Source: Arenimonas sp. (GTDB lineage Bacteria; Pseudomonadota; Gammaproteobacteria; Xanthomonadales; Xanthomonadaceae). From it: a stretch of 64,000 nucleotides of DNA. Shown piece after piece: positions 28,744 to 37,694 of the stretch. Made by a program: the position numbers and the translations under genes. The notes beneath the pieces were generated by a model. That model was not told the origin of the DNA, did not search any database, and saw only the letters and a list, made by a program, of their open reading frames with translations. Where the stretch lies: contig JBOHYG010000108.1 of NCBI GenBank assembly GCA_050737875.1, positions 31,241 through 95,240 on the forward strand, in the 5' to 3' direction. Each line of letters starts with the position of its first letter. Position 1 is the first letter of the stretch.

Positions 28744-29148
28744 GTGGCCATGAGTCAAAAGATCGAGAAAACCGATGCCGAATGGAAAGCCGAGCTGAGC
28801 CCGGAGCAATACGCCATTTGCCGCTGTTCTGAAACCGAGCGGGCTTTCACAGGCAAGTACTGGGATCATCACGAAAACGGCATGTATGTCTGCGTCGCCT
28901 GCAAGGCGAAATTATTCAGTTCCGAGCATAAATACGACTCGGGAAGCGGTTGGCCGAGCTATTTCAAACCGGTCGAAAAAGCGGCGATAGCCGAAAGCAT
29001 GGATTCGAGTTTCGGCATGCAGCGAATCGAAGTGAAGTGCGCCCATTGTGATTCGCATCTGGGGCACTTGTTTCCGGATGGTCCTGCACCGACCGGCTTT
29101 CGCTATTGCATCAATTCAGCTTCGCTGGATTTCGAGCCGGAAAGTTGA
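28744..29148 (+). CDS. msrB: Peptide-methionine (R)-S-oxide reductase
   Basis: YVCVACKAKLF...GSGWPSY...CAHCDSHLGHLFPDGP...RYCINS. Confidence 0.95.
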   Translation: MAMSQKIEKTDAEWKAELSPEQYAICRCSETERAFTGKYWDHHENGMYVCVACKAKLFSSEHKYDSGSGWPSYFKPVEKAAIAESMDSSFGMQRIEVKCAHCDSHLGHLFPDGPAPTGFRYCINSASLDFEPES

Positions 29149-29155
29149 TAATTAA

Positions 29156-30076
29156 TCAGGAGGCCATCAAGCCACACAAATGCGCGACCGTGCATTCACG
29201 CAGGGCTGTCAGGCTGTATCCGCCTTCAAGCATCGAGATAATGCGCCCGCCGGAGAACTCTCCGGCGATATTGGCCAGCTCACGGCTTAGCCATAGATAA
29301 TCGTCGGCGTGAAGGTTCAAATCGGCGAGGGGGTCAAGCCGGTGTGCATCGAAACCTGCCGAAATCAGGATGAGTTCCGGTTTGTAGGCAGCCAGCTCGG
29401 GCAGTAATTTTTGCGACCAGACGGCACGAAAATCTTCGCTGCCACTTCCCGGCATCAGCAGGACATTACTCAAACGATGCTCGCGATTTTCCTCGGAAAA
29501 ACCGGTGTTGGGGTAGATGCCGGCTTCATGCGAGCTCAAATAAAAAACCCGGTCTTCATCACTGAAAATATCTTCGGTACCATTGCCGTGGTGCACGTCA
29601 AAATCAACAATCGCGATACGTTGCAGTCCATGCTCGGCCAATAAATGCGCTGCGCAGATGGCGATATTGTTGAACAGGCAAAAACCCATCGCGGTGTTGC
29701 GCGTGGCGTGATGTCCTGGCGGGCGAACGGCGCAGAAAGCCTGCTTGATATCTCCGCGAATCACCGCATTCGCTGCGGCAATCCCGGCGCCGGCGGCATG
29801 CAGGGCGGCCGATTTCGATTTTGGCGACATCACGGTATCGGCATCGATATGGAAATTTTCGCTCAAGTCGGCGCCCAGGATTTTTTCGATCAAATCATTG
29901 CTGTGCGCACGTGCCAGCTGATCGTGTTCGGCTTGTGGCGAGTGCTGCCATTCCAGCATAGGTAGCGCGGCGTGAATCGCCTGGATTACGGCATGCAGAC
30001 GAGCCGGACATTCCGGGTGGCCGGTGCCGGGGTCATGATCGAGGCAATCGGGGTGCGTATAAATACGCACGTTCAA
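29156..30076 (-). CDS. Histone deacetylase-family amidohydrolase (HDAC/AcuC/Aph-like)
   Basis: RPPGHHA, DFDVHHGNGT and GGYS motifs. 4-nt overlap with the upstream adenosyltransferase gene. Confidence 0.85.
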   Translation of the reverse strand: MNVRIYTHPDCLDHDPGTGHPECPARLHAVIQAIHAALPMLEWQHSPQAEHDQLARAHSNDLIEKILGADLSENFHIDADTVMSPKSKSAALHAAGAGIAAANAVIRGDIKQAFCAVRPPGHHATRNTAMGFCLFNNIAICAAHLLAEHGLQRIAIVDFDVHHGNGTEDIFSDEDRVFYLSSHEAGIYPNTGFSEENREHRLSNVLLMPGSGSEDFRAVWSQKLLPELAAYKPELILISAGFDAHRLDPLADLNLHADDYLWLSRELANIAGEFSGGRIISMLEGGYSLTALRECTVAHLCGLMAS

Positions 30077-30627
30077 CCTTTGCGGCGCTGATGATTCCAG
30101 AGCAGTTCGCCATGACCGCTGGCGCGTGCAAGTACGCGTGCGAGTACGAACAGCAAATCCGACAGGCGATTCAAGTAGCGGATGGCTTCGGGACGTACCG
30201 CATCATGATGCGACAAGGTGACGGTTTCGCGTTCGGCGCGACGGGTGATGGTGCGTGCCATATGGCAATGCGCTGCCGCCACGCCGCCGCCGGGCAGAAT
30301 GAAATCTTTCAGTGCCGGCAAATCGGCATTGAATTTATCCAGCGTGTATTCCAGATGGGTGATGTCTTCATCGAAAATCGCCGAATGACCGGGAATGCAA
30401 AGTTCGCCGCCCAGATCGAATAAGTGGTGTTGCACCGACACCAGGATTTCGCGTACGTCATCCTGGATATCGCAGGCCAGAATCAGGCCGATTGCGCTAT
30501 TGGCCTCATCGACCGTGCCGTAGGCGGTAACGCGGGCGGAGTCTTTCGAAACGCGACTACCGTCACCCAGGCCGGTAGAACCATCGTCGCCGGTCTTCGT
30601 ATAGATTTTCGAAAGACGATTGCCCAT
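30073..30627 (-). CDS. PduO-type ATP:cob(I)alamin adenosyltransferase
   Basis: IYTKTGDDGSTGL...YGTVDEANSAIGL...LPGG...AHCHMARTITRRAER. Confidence 0.9.
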   Translation of the reverse strand: MGNRLSKIYTKTGDDGSTGLGDGSRVSKDSARVTAYGTVDEANSAIGLILACDIQDDVREILVSVQHHLFDLGGELCIPGHSAIFDEDITHLEYTLDKFNADLPALKDFILPGGGVAAAHCHMARTITRRAERETVTLSHHDAVRPEAIRYLNRLSDLLFVLARVLARASGHGELLWNHQRRKG

Positions 30628-30633
30628 ATGTGT

Positions 30634-31182
30634 TTACACCGTTTGTTGTTTCAGCGCCGGCAAGCGTGAACGCAACAGAGCGAAGCCGCCGAACATAATC
30701 AGGCTATAAGTCGCCACACCGGCGAGTTGCCAATGGAAGAACGGAATGCCGGCGATGTAGCAGGCCAGCAGGCCGTCGGCAGTCATCGGGTACATGCCGG
30801 AACCGGCCCAGACCGAGAAGTTGGTAATCACGAAAAACAAAGTCGCGCTGACGAGGCCGAAGCTGGCAACACGCAAAGCCGTTACTTTGCCGCGTAAACC
30901 GAAACCGATCAGCGAGATCAGAACGATCGTGCCGTAGATCACCGGCATGCCGCTATGGAAACCCAGGAAATAATCCGCAAGTAACATCGCCAACAAAGGC
31001 ATCGCGATACTCAACCAGCGATTTGCGAAATACGCACTGCCAAACAATGCCATCGATTCAATCGGCGAAAAATTGAATGGAATCGGCGGATGAGGCAGTA
31101 GGCGACACAAGGCCGCTGCGGTAATCAGCAACATGAGTACCAGTGGACCTGGTGCGAAGGAAGAGCTCTGGTTCATAGACAT
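30634..31182 (-). CDS. Small polytopic membrane protein (DUF6580-like putative transporter)
   Basis: 182 aa with about 6 hydrophobic helices and no soluble domain. It is the first gene of a tight string with the adenosyltransferase, 6 nt upstream of it. Confidence 0.55.
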   Translation of the reverse strand: MSMNQSSSFAPGPLVLMLLITAAALCRLLPHPPIPFNFSPIESMALFGSAYFANRWLSIAMPLLAMLLADYFLGFHSGMPVIYGTIVLISLIGFGLRGKVTALRVASFGLVSATLFFVITNFSVWAGSGMYPMTADGLLACYIAGIPFFHWQLAGVATYSLIMFGGFALLRSRLPALKQQTV

Positions 31183-31263
31183 GTGAAAATCCGTAGCGGG
31201 CTGGCATCAAGAAGAATAGGATACCCCAAGCGGCCGAGCTCTGGCTAAAGTTGATAAGACAAC

Positions 31264-32454
31264 ATGCATGATATTTTGATTCTGGGAGGCGGGCTGGTCG
31301 GTAATAGCCTTGCTTGCGCCTTGGAAAATAGCGGCTTGCGGGTGGGCCTGGTCGAAGCAAGTGTTGCCAGCACCGGCGCGCCCGGATTCAACGAGCGCAA
31401 ACTGGCCTTGTCGGCAGCCAGCCTGATTGCGCTGGAACACCTGTCGGTGACCCAACATTTCGCACACGGATTCAGCCCGATTCGGCGCATTCATATCAGC
31501 CGCGTCGGCGATTTCGGCAGCGTCGATATCCGGGCGAAAGCCTATCAACGCGAATACTTCGGCGGTGTTGTGCTGGCAAGGGATTTGGGAATCGCGCTGG
31601 AAACGCGCGTGGCTGAATTGGCAAACCTGACCTTGTATCGCCCGGCAAAGGTTTTGCGAATCACGCCGGATGCAAAATCACCGACTGTCTTGATCGAGCA
31701 TGACGGAAAACAGCAAAGCATTTCCGCACACATGATCATCGGTGCCGACGGAACCCAATCGATGGTGCGTGCCGCATTGAATATCGCGACCGAAGATTTC
31801 GATTACCAGCAACATTTGTTCGTCTGCAGCCTGCAAACCGACCAGGTGTCCGACGGTACCGCATACGAACGTTTTTCATCGCAGGGCCCGGTCGCCTTGT
31901 TGCCGATGCCAGGTGGCCAATACGGTGCGATTTGCGGCGTTGCAAACGAGCAGGTGAACCACGTCGCCTCGCTCAGCGATGACGACTACACCGAATATTT
32001 CCAGCAACGTTTTGGCTGGCGCGCCGGGCGCATCAAAAAAGTCGGTACCCGCACGCATTACCCGCTGAAGAAAGTCATTGCGAAAGACATTGCAGGACCT
32101 GGATGCGTATTGATGGGCAATGCTGCGCAAACCCTGCATCCGATCGGTGCACAAGGATTCAATCTTGGTTTGCGCGATGCGCTGGGGTTTGCCGAATGTC
32201 TGCAGAAACATGATTTGCAAAGCGCCGAATTATTATCGGGCTATCGCGACAGTCGCCGGGAAGATCGAGAACAAACGATAGCGTTCAGTGATGGCCTGGC
32301 GCGTTTTACTTCACAGGAAAATGCCTTGGCGAAAGCCATGCGTTCGGTTGGATTGCTTGGTTTGGGTTTGAATCCCGATTTGCAGGCACCAATCGTCAAC
32401 GGTGCGATGGGATATCGCGGCAACACGCCAAGCCTTGCGCGGAGATCGCAATGA
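31264..32454 (+). CDS. ubiH: FAD-dependent ubiquinone biosynthesis hydroxylase (UbiH-like)
   Basis: DILILGGGLVGNSLA (GxGxxG), IIGADGTQSMVR and GNAAQTLHPIGAQGFNLGLRD. Which ring position it hydroxylates cannot be told from sequence. Confidence 0.8.
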   Translation: MHDILILGGGLVGNSLACALENSGLRVGLVEASVASTGAPGFNERKLALSAASLIALEHLSVTQHFAHGFSPIRRIHISRVGDFGSVDIRAKAYQREYFGGVVLARDLGIALETRVAELANLTLYRPAKVLRITPDAKSPTVLIEHDGKQQSISAHMIIGADGTQSMVRAALNIATEDFDYQQHLFVCSLQTDQVSDGTAYERFSSQGPVALLPMPGGQYGAICGVANEQVNHVASLSDDDYTEYFQQRFGWRAGRIKKVGTRTHYPLKKVIAKDIAGPGCVLMGNAAQTLHPIGAQGFNLGLRDALGFAECLQKHDLQSAELLSGYRDSRREDREQTIAFSDGLARFTSQENALAKAMRSVGLLGLGLNPDLQAPIVNGAMGYRGNTPSLARRSQ

Positions 32455-33641
32455 AAAACTTTGATATTGCGGTGATCGGTGCCGGTATCGTCGGCAGTTG
32501 TGCAGCCTTGTCGCTTGCACGTGCAGGTTATCGCGTGGCGCTCGTGGAAGCGCATGAGCCGAAACCATGGTCCGCGGAAACACCGGATCTGCGCGTGGTT
32601 GCCTTGGCTTCCGATAACCAGAAGTTACTGGATAACTGCGGCGTCTGGAAAAAAATCGCCGAACGTCGTACCCAGCCGTATACCGATATGCGGGTATGGG
32701 ATGCGGCGGCGGGAAATGAACTGCATATGTCTGCCAGCCAGCAAGCGCAGGAGTCACTGGGCGCGATTGTCGAAAACAATAATCTTGCCGATGCTTTATG
32801 GCAGGCGATAAAAAATGAACATCGGATCCATTGTTTCTGCCCCGACAAAATGGAAAGCATCGAGCAGGAAACTACCGTTACGATTCACTTGAAGAGCGGT
32901 GCCGTGATCAAGGCCAACCTGGTTCTGGGTGCCGATGGCGCTAGTTCCAAAGTGCGCGACACACTTGGTTTGAAAACCGATAAAAAAGATTATGGCCAAC
33001 GCGGCGTCGTTGCGTACGTGAAAACCGAACATTCGCACCAGAACACCGCATGGCAACGTTTTCTGCCGACCGGGCCGTTGGCGTTCCTGCCGTTTGGCGA
33101 TGGCCGTTGTTCGATCGTCTGGACCTTGCCAAATGATGAGGCCGAGCGTTTGCTAAATGTCGATGACGCAATTTTCTGTCGTGAACTTACCCGGGCATTC
33201 GATGCAAGACTTGGCGATGTGACGGAAGTGTCGCAACGTGCGGCATTCCCCTTGCAAAGACAATTGTCGAAAGAAATGTTGGTCGGCCGGGTTGCCTTGA
33301 TCGGCGATGCCGCACATACCGTGCACCCGTTGGCCGGGCAGGGCGTGAATCTCGGTTTACGTGATGTTTCCGCTTTGCTGGATTTGCTCGGCGAAGCAAA
33401 AACTTCGGCTGAAAATCCAAAGCAAAAACACAGCGTGCAAATTTCGCAACACAAACTCGAACGCTGGGCCCGTCAACGCACCAGTGAAAATGCCGTCGCC
33501 GCCTATTCGTTCGAGGCAATCAATCGGGTGTTCTCGAATGATGAAGTCTTGCCGACCTTGCTGCGCGGCCACATGTTCGGTATCGCCAATGTATTGCCGC
33601 CAATACGGAATTTTTTGTTGAAGCAGGCGCAAGGGCAGTAA
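32451..33641 (+). CDS. FAD-dependent ubiquinone biosynthesis hydroxylase (UbiF/UbiI/VisC-like paralogue)
   Basis: DIAVIGAGIVGSCAA, VLGADGASSKVR and GDAAHTVHPLAGQGVNLGLRD. ATGA overlap with the upstream paralogue. Confidence 0.8.
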   Translation: MKNFDIAVIGAGIVGSCAALSLARAGYRVALVEAHEPKPWSAETPDLRVVALASDNQKLLDNCGVWKKIAERRTQPYTDMRVWDAAAGNELHMSASQQAQESLGAIVENNNLADALWQAIKNEHRIHCFCPDKMESIEQETTVTIHLKSGAVIKANLVLGADGASSKVRDTLGLKTDKKDYGQRGVVAYVKTEHSHQNTAWQRFLPTGPLAFLPFGDGRCSIVWTLPNDEAERLLNVDDAIFCRELTRAFDARLGDVTEVSQRAAFPLQRQLSKEMLVGRVALIGDAAHTVHPLAGQGVNLGLRDVSALLDLLGEAKTSAENPKQKHSVQISQHKLERWARQRTSENAVAAYSFEAINRVFSNDEVLPTLLRGHMFGIANVLPPIRNFLLKQAQGQ

Positions 33642-33683
33642 GCGCGTGGGAGCCAGCTCTTGGCGCGGGCTACTGCACAAGTA

Positions 33684-34727
33684 TCAAATCACTGTCGCAA
33701 ATACGGTAATTTCTTCGCGGTCGTGATAAAGCTGCTTGGCATGCATATGCAAAGCCTTGCCGGATTTTTCCTCGAATTCGTCCAGGCACAGCCGGGTTTC
33801 TTCCCAGCGTTTTTTCATCGGCAGTTTCAAATTGAAGATGGCGTGTTTGCACCAGCCATTGGCAAACCATTCGCTCATGCGGTGCGCCACTTTGCGAGGC
33901 GATTCCACCATGTCGCAAACCATCCAGTCGAGTTTTCTTGGCGGCTGCCATTGAAAGCCGTCGGCACGGATATGGTTGATCAATCCGGTCGCCATCGCGG
34001 TTTCCGACATCGGGCCGTTATCGATCGATGACACATGCAGTCCGTGTTTGGTAAGAATCCAGCTCCAGCCGCCGGGCGCCGCCCCGAGATCGGCTGCGTG
34101 CATGCCGGGTTTCATGATCTTTGCGCGTTCCTCGTCGCTCATGAAAATCATCAGGGCTTCGTCGAGTTTCAATGCCGAGCGGCTTGGCGCATTGGCCTGT
34201 GCGCGTAAACGCGGTACACCGAGCGGAAATGGTGAACTGTCATTCGGGTCGGAACTGGCGAGCAGTGCATGTGTGCCGGCCAAAAAGAAAACATGCAGCC
34301 GGGGCAGGCGTGCATCTTCCTTGTCGCTCAACAAGCCGCGTTTGCGTAGTGCGGGTCGCAGTGCATTGGTAAAAGAACGTGACAAGCCGGAAAGTGGCTT
34401 GCCTTCATCGGAATCCGGATGTTCGACCAATACGTCACCGAAGCGGCCACGGCCGGCAATATGTTCGAGCATCGGGGTAAGACGGTCAGTCGGACTTAAA
34501 TCTTTCAGTTCGGCGAATAATTGCAATTTCTGGCGTGCAAACACGATGTCGTGATAACGCACGCTTCTTGATAACGCTGCGGCGTCCTCGCAGATATAGG
34601 TGACGTAGCCGCTGTTGCGTTCGGTTTTTGCATAGCCATGAAAACCGGCATTGGCCGCACGTTCGGAAAGTTCAGCGGCGAGATCCGGTTCAAAGCCTTG
34701 TCGGCAATAGCACAGCAAACCATTCAT
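33684..34727 (-). CDS. rlmM: 23S rRNA (cytidine2498-2'-O)-methyltransferase
   Basis: LLCYCRQGFE...(THUMP-like N-terminus)...AADLGAAPGGWS...WMVCDM. Confidence 0.9.
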   Translation of the reverse strand: MNGLLCYCRQGFEPDLAAELSERAANAGFHGYAKTERNSGYVTYICEDAAALSRSVRYHDIVFARQKLQLFAELKDLSPTDRLTPMLEHIAGRGRFGDVLVEHPDSDEGKPLSGLSRSFTNALRPALRKRGLLSDKEDARLPRLHVFFLAGTHALLASSDPNDSSPFPLGVPRLRAQANAPSRSALKLDEALMIFMSDEERAKIMKPGMHAADLGAAPGGWSWILTKHGLHVSSIDNGPMSETAMATGLINHIRADGFQWQPPRKLDWMVCDMVESPRKVAHRMSEWFANGWCKHAIFNLKLPMKKRWEETRLCLDEFEEKSGKALHMHAKQLYHDREEITVFATVI

Positions 34728-34790
34728 TTTTTAATTCTTGTAGGAGGGAATTCATTCCCGAAAATAAGTTGCCCGATAGCCGAGCCTGTC

Positions 34791-35348
34791 TTAATAAACA
34801 AGTCCGCTTTCGCCGTATTCTTTGAGCACGGCGCAGGCTTCGTCACGCAAAATATCGGTATGCACTTCAATGCCGCGTTTTTCCAGCTCGCCTTTCCAGT
34901 CGGCCGGTAACGGGCCTTCATCAAAACCGGCAAGCGTTTGCACGTCATCGGCACGCGCGGCGATCAGGAGTTCATCGATGCCGGCCCAGATCAAGGCGCC
35001 ATAGCACATGGAGCATGGCTGTGCGGAAGTGGCCAACGTAATTCGCTCGCCACCCTCGTTCAAACGAAATTTCTGCAAGCGTTGTTGCGTTGTGGTCAAT
35101 GCCATCACTTCGGCATGCGCGGCCGAACAATTATGCGGAACCACACGGTTCACACCGACCCCCAGCAATCTGCCGGCGTGGTTGAACACTGCTGCGCCGA
35201 ACGGACCGCCACTCTGGCGGCTGACGTTGAGTTGCGACAAGCGCACTGCAAGAGCGATGCGGCTTTCCGCGGAATCGTACACGGCATTGCCATCGACCTG
35301 ATCATGTACCCAGGGCGGTAGTGTCAAATGGAGTTGTGCGTACAGCAT
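34791..35348 (-). CDS. CDA-fold nucleoside/guanine deaminase family protein
   Basis: HAEVMAL...PCSMCYGAL zinc motifs. The ATG at 35348 overlaps the upstream stop (TAATG). The Arg-rich extension in the ORF track (to 35474) is rejected. Confidence 0.8.
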   Translation of the reverse strand: MLYAQLHLTLPPWVHDQVDGNAVYDSAESRIALAVRLSQLNVSRQSGGPFGAAVFNHAGRLLGVGVNRVVPHNCSAAHAEVMALTTTQQRLQKFRLNEGGERITLATSAQPCSMCYGALIWAGIDELLIAARADDVQTLAGFDEGPLPADWKGELEKRGIEVHTDILRDEACAVLKEYGESGLVY

Positions 35349-35797
35349 TACTGGATTTTTTCCTCGGCCATTCCGCCAGCGCCGCCTGTTACGCCTTCGC
35401 ATTTGTTGTTGGTACAGGTGCAGCTGCTGATGCTTGGGAAGCCGCAAATACCGGCCATGCCTTTCTTGGCGCATTCGGCTTTAACTTCGGCAGGAAATGT
35501 TTTGCTGTCTTTGTTGACGCAGGCAGGGCGATAGCCGCAGCAACTGCCGACATCCTTGATTTTGCAATCACTGTCTTTGTTGCAGCTGAAATTGACTTCG
35601 CCTGGTTTGCCATCTGTGGTTTTTTCTTCAACGGCAACGTTATGTGGAGGCGCGGCAACGGCCTCTTTTTGCTCGACGTCGGGTTTTTGTTCGACGGCCA
35701 TCGCAGGCGGCGGTTCGGCAGCTTTCATGCCGCTGTTATTTTGTGGCGCTGCGCATGCAGCAAGCAACATCAACGACAGCAACAGTAAAATTCGCAT
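35348..35797 (-). CDS. Small cysteine-rich lipoprotein, unknown function
   Basis: The start MRILLLLSLMLLAAC has a lipobox (LAAC) and is preceded by AAGGAG 6-7 nt upstream, 1 nt after the glnS stop. A Pro/Ala/Glu-rich linker leads to a ~65-aa module with 10 Cys (FSCNKDSDCKIKDVGSCCGYRPACVNKD...CAKKGMAGICGFPSISSCTCTNNKCE). Confidence 0.65.
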   Translation of the reverse strand: MRILLLLSLMLLAACAAPQNNSGMKAAEPPPAMAVEQKPDVEQKEAVAAPPHNVAVEEKTTDGKPGEVNFSCNKDSDCKIKDVGSCCGYRPACVNKDSKTFPAEVKAECAKKGMAGICGFPSISSCTCTNNKCEGVTGGAGGMAEEKIQ

Positions 35798-35798
35798 A

Positions 35799-37562
35799 TC
35801 AAACTCCTTTGGCCCAAACATCCCGCAAGGTAACCGTGCGATTGAACACGGGCTTTTTGCTGCTGTGATCGATGCGATCGGTAACGAAATAACCCAAGCG
35901 CTCGAATTGAATATTGCTTTCGGCAGGTAGCGCTGCCGCAGCCGGTTCCACATAGGCTTTTACGATGCGCACCGAATCGGGATTCAAATAATCGCGATAG
36001 GTCTTGCCATCACTGTCGTCGTCCGGATTGGCGACGGTGAACAGGCGATCGTACAGACGCACTTCGGCTTCGACGCCATGTTTCGCGCTGACCCAGTGAA
36101 TCGTTCCTTTCACCTTGCGTTCCGAACCTGGCAGGCCCGGACGCGAATCCAGATCCAGCTCGCCATGCAATTCGACGACGTCGTCCCCGTTTTTGATCAC
36201 GTCCACGCATTTCACGATGCCAACGCCGCGCAGTCGTACTTCGCCACCAGGTACCAGGCGGTGGAAACCTTTTGGCGGCACTTCCATGAAATCGTCGCGT
36301 TCGATCCAGACTTCGCGTGATAGTGGTACGTCGCGTTTGCCCGCACTTTCGTCTTTCGGATGATTGGAGAATTGCAGGGTGTCGGAAAAATCTTCCGGCA
36401 AATTCCCGATCACCAGTTTGATCGGATCAATCACGGCCAGGCGGCGTTGACCCTTGGCATCCAGATCTTCGCGAACACAGCCTTCCAACACCGAAAAATC
36501 AATCAGGGAATTTTGTTTGCTGATGCCGATGCGGTCGGCAAACAGGCGCATCGACGCAGGCGTGTAACCGCGACGACGGAGTCCGCACAAGGTCGGCATG
36601 CGGGGATCGTCCCAGCCGTTGACCAGTTGATCGGTGACCAGTGCCATCAGCTTGCGCTTGCTCATCACGGTGAAGTTGATATTCAGGCGCGAAAATTCGA
36701 TTTGGCGTGGTTTGCTGACCGGCGTGTTGAAACCGCGGTCGACCAGGTTTTGCCAGAGCGATGCGTGTTTTGCCAGGTCGATATTGTCGATGCACCAGTC
36801 ATACAGTGGACGGTGGTCTTCAAATTCCAGTGTGCACAGCGAATGCGTAATGCCTTCGAGTGCATCGGAAATGCAATGTGCATAGTCGTACATAGGGTAA
36901 ATGCACCAGGCATCGCCGGTGTTTTGATGCGAAACATGGCGTATGCGGTAAATCGCCGGATCGCGCAAATTGATATTGCCGCTGCTCATGTCGATTTTTG
37001 CGCGCAGGGTGCGTGCGCCGTCTTCAAATTCACCGGCACGCATGCGGCGGAACAAATAGAGATTTTCCTCGACACCGCGATCGCGGTAAGGCGAATTTTT
37101 CCCCGGCTCGTTCAGATTGCCGCGGTATTCGCGCACTTGTTCGGCATTCAAATCGCAGACGAATGCCTTGCCGTCTTCGATCAGTTTTTCGGCACACAAG
37201 TAGAAGGTTTCGAAATAATCGGAGGCATGGCGCAATTCGGCCCAATCAAATCCCAGCCATTTTACGTCTGCCTGGATGGACTCGACGTATTCGATGTCTT
37301 CCTTGCTCGGATTGGTATCGTCGAAACGCAAATTGACCAGGCCATTGAATTCGGCGCCGACACCGAAATTCAGGCAAATACTCTTGGCATGACCGATATG
37401 AAGATAGCCATTGGGTTCCGGCGGGAAGCGGGTGCGAATTTGCCGGTGTTTGCCCGAGGCCAGATCCTCACGGACGATTTGGCGAATAAAATCGGTTTTT
37501 TCCGGCGTGGTGTCGGTCGGGGTACTGACGTTGTGATTCATGGGGCTCGTATTCAATGACAT
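35799..37562 (-). CDS. glnS: Glutamine--tRNA ligase
   Basis: [16 protein letters not shown] (HIGH) and FTVMSKRK (KMSKS-like). 587 aa. Confidence 0.97.
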   Translation of the reverse strand: MSLNTSPMNHNVSTPTDTTPEKTDFIRQIVREDLASGKHRQIRTRFPPEPNGYLHIGHAKSICLNFGVGAEFNGLVNLRFDDTNPSKEDIEYVESIQADVKWLGFDWAELRHASDYFETFYLCAEKLIEDGKAFVCDLNAEQVREYRGNLNEPGKNSPYRDRGVEENLYLFRRMRAGEFEDGARTLRAKIDMSSGNINLRDPAIYRIRHVSHQNTGDAWCIYPMYDYAHCISDALEGITHSLCTLEFEDHRPLYDWCIDNIDLAKHASLWQNLVDRGFNTPVSKPRQIEFSRLNINFTVMSKRKLMALVTDQLVNGWDDPRMPTLCGLRRRGYTPASMRLFADRIGISKQNSLIDFSVLEGCVREDLDAKGQRRLAVIDPIKLVIGNLPEDFSDTLQFSNHPKDESAGKRDVPLSREVWIERDDFMEVPPKGFHRLVPGGEVRLRGVGIVKCVDVIKNGDDVVELHGELDLDSRPGLPGSERKVKGTIHWVSAKHGVEAEVRLYDRLFTVANPDDDSDGKTYRDYLNPDSVRIVKAYVEPAAAALPAESNIQFERLGYFVTDRIDHSSKKPVFNRTVTLRDVWAKGV

Positions 37563-37694
37563 TCAATATCGCCCTATTTTAGCCTTTGCAGCGGGCTTGG
37601 CGGGTGTTTTATCTGCAAATGGCCAGGTTTGAGCGAATGACTTTTAATTTTGGCCGGTTTTACGGCACACTTGCGCCTCTAGGGAGACTTACTT

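Noticed and set aside
31183-31263. Possible cobalamin riboswitch upstream of the membrane-protein/PduO operon.
   Set aside because: The spacer is only 81 nt and is shared with the divergent ubiH promoter. That is too short for a ~200-nt B12 element, and no B12-box-like sequence was noticed.
36360-37559. Long ORFs antisense to well-conserved genes. Examples are the 399-aa ORF opposite glnS here, and also 49391-50515 (opposite aspS), 6309-7355, 44432-45388, 25323-26327, 18473-19360, 38919-39815, 20625-21401 and 33976-34554.
   Set aside because: Each lies entirely inside a gene with unmistakable family motifs on the other strand. Their translations are Arg/His/Gln/Gly-rich low-complexity sequences with no motifs. 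Shadow ORFs of this kind are expected at this GC content.
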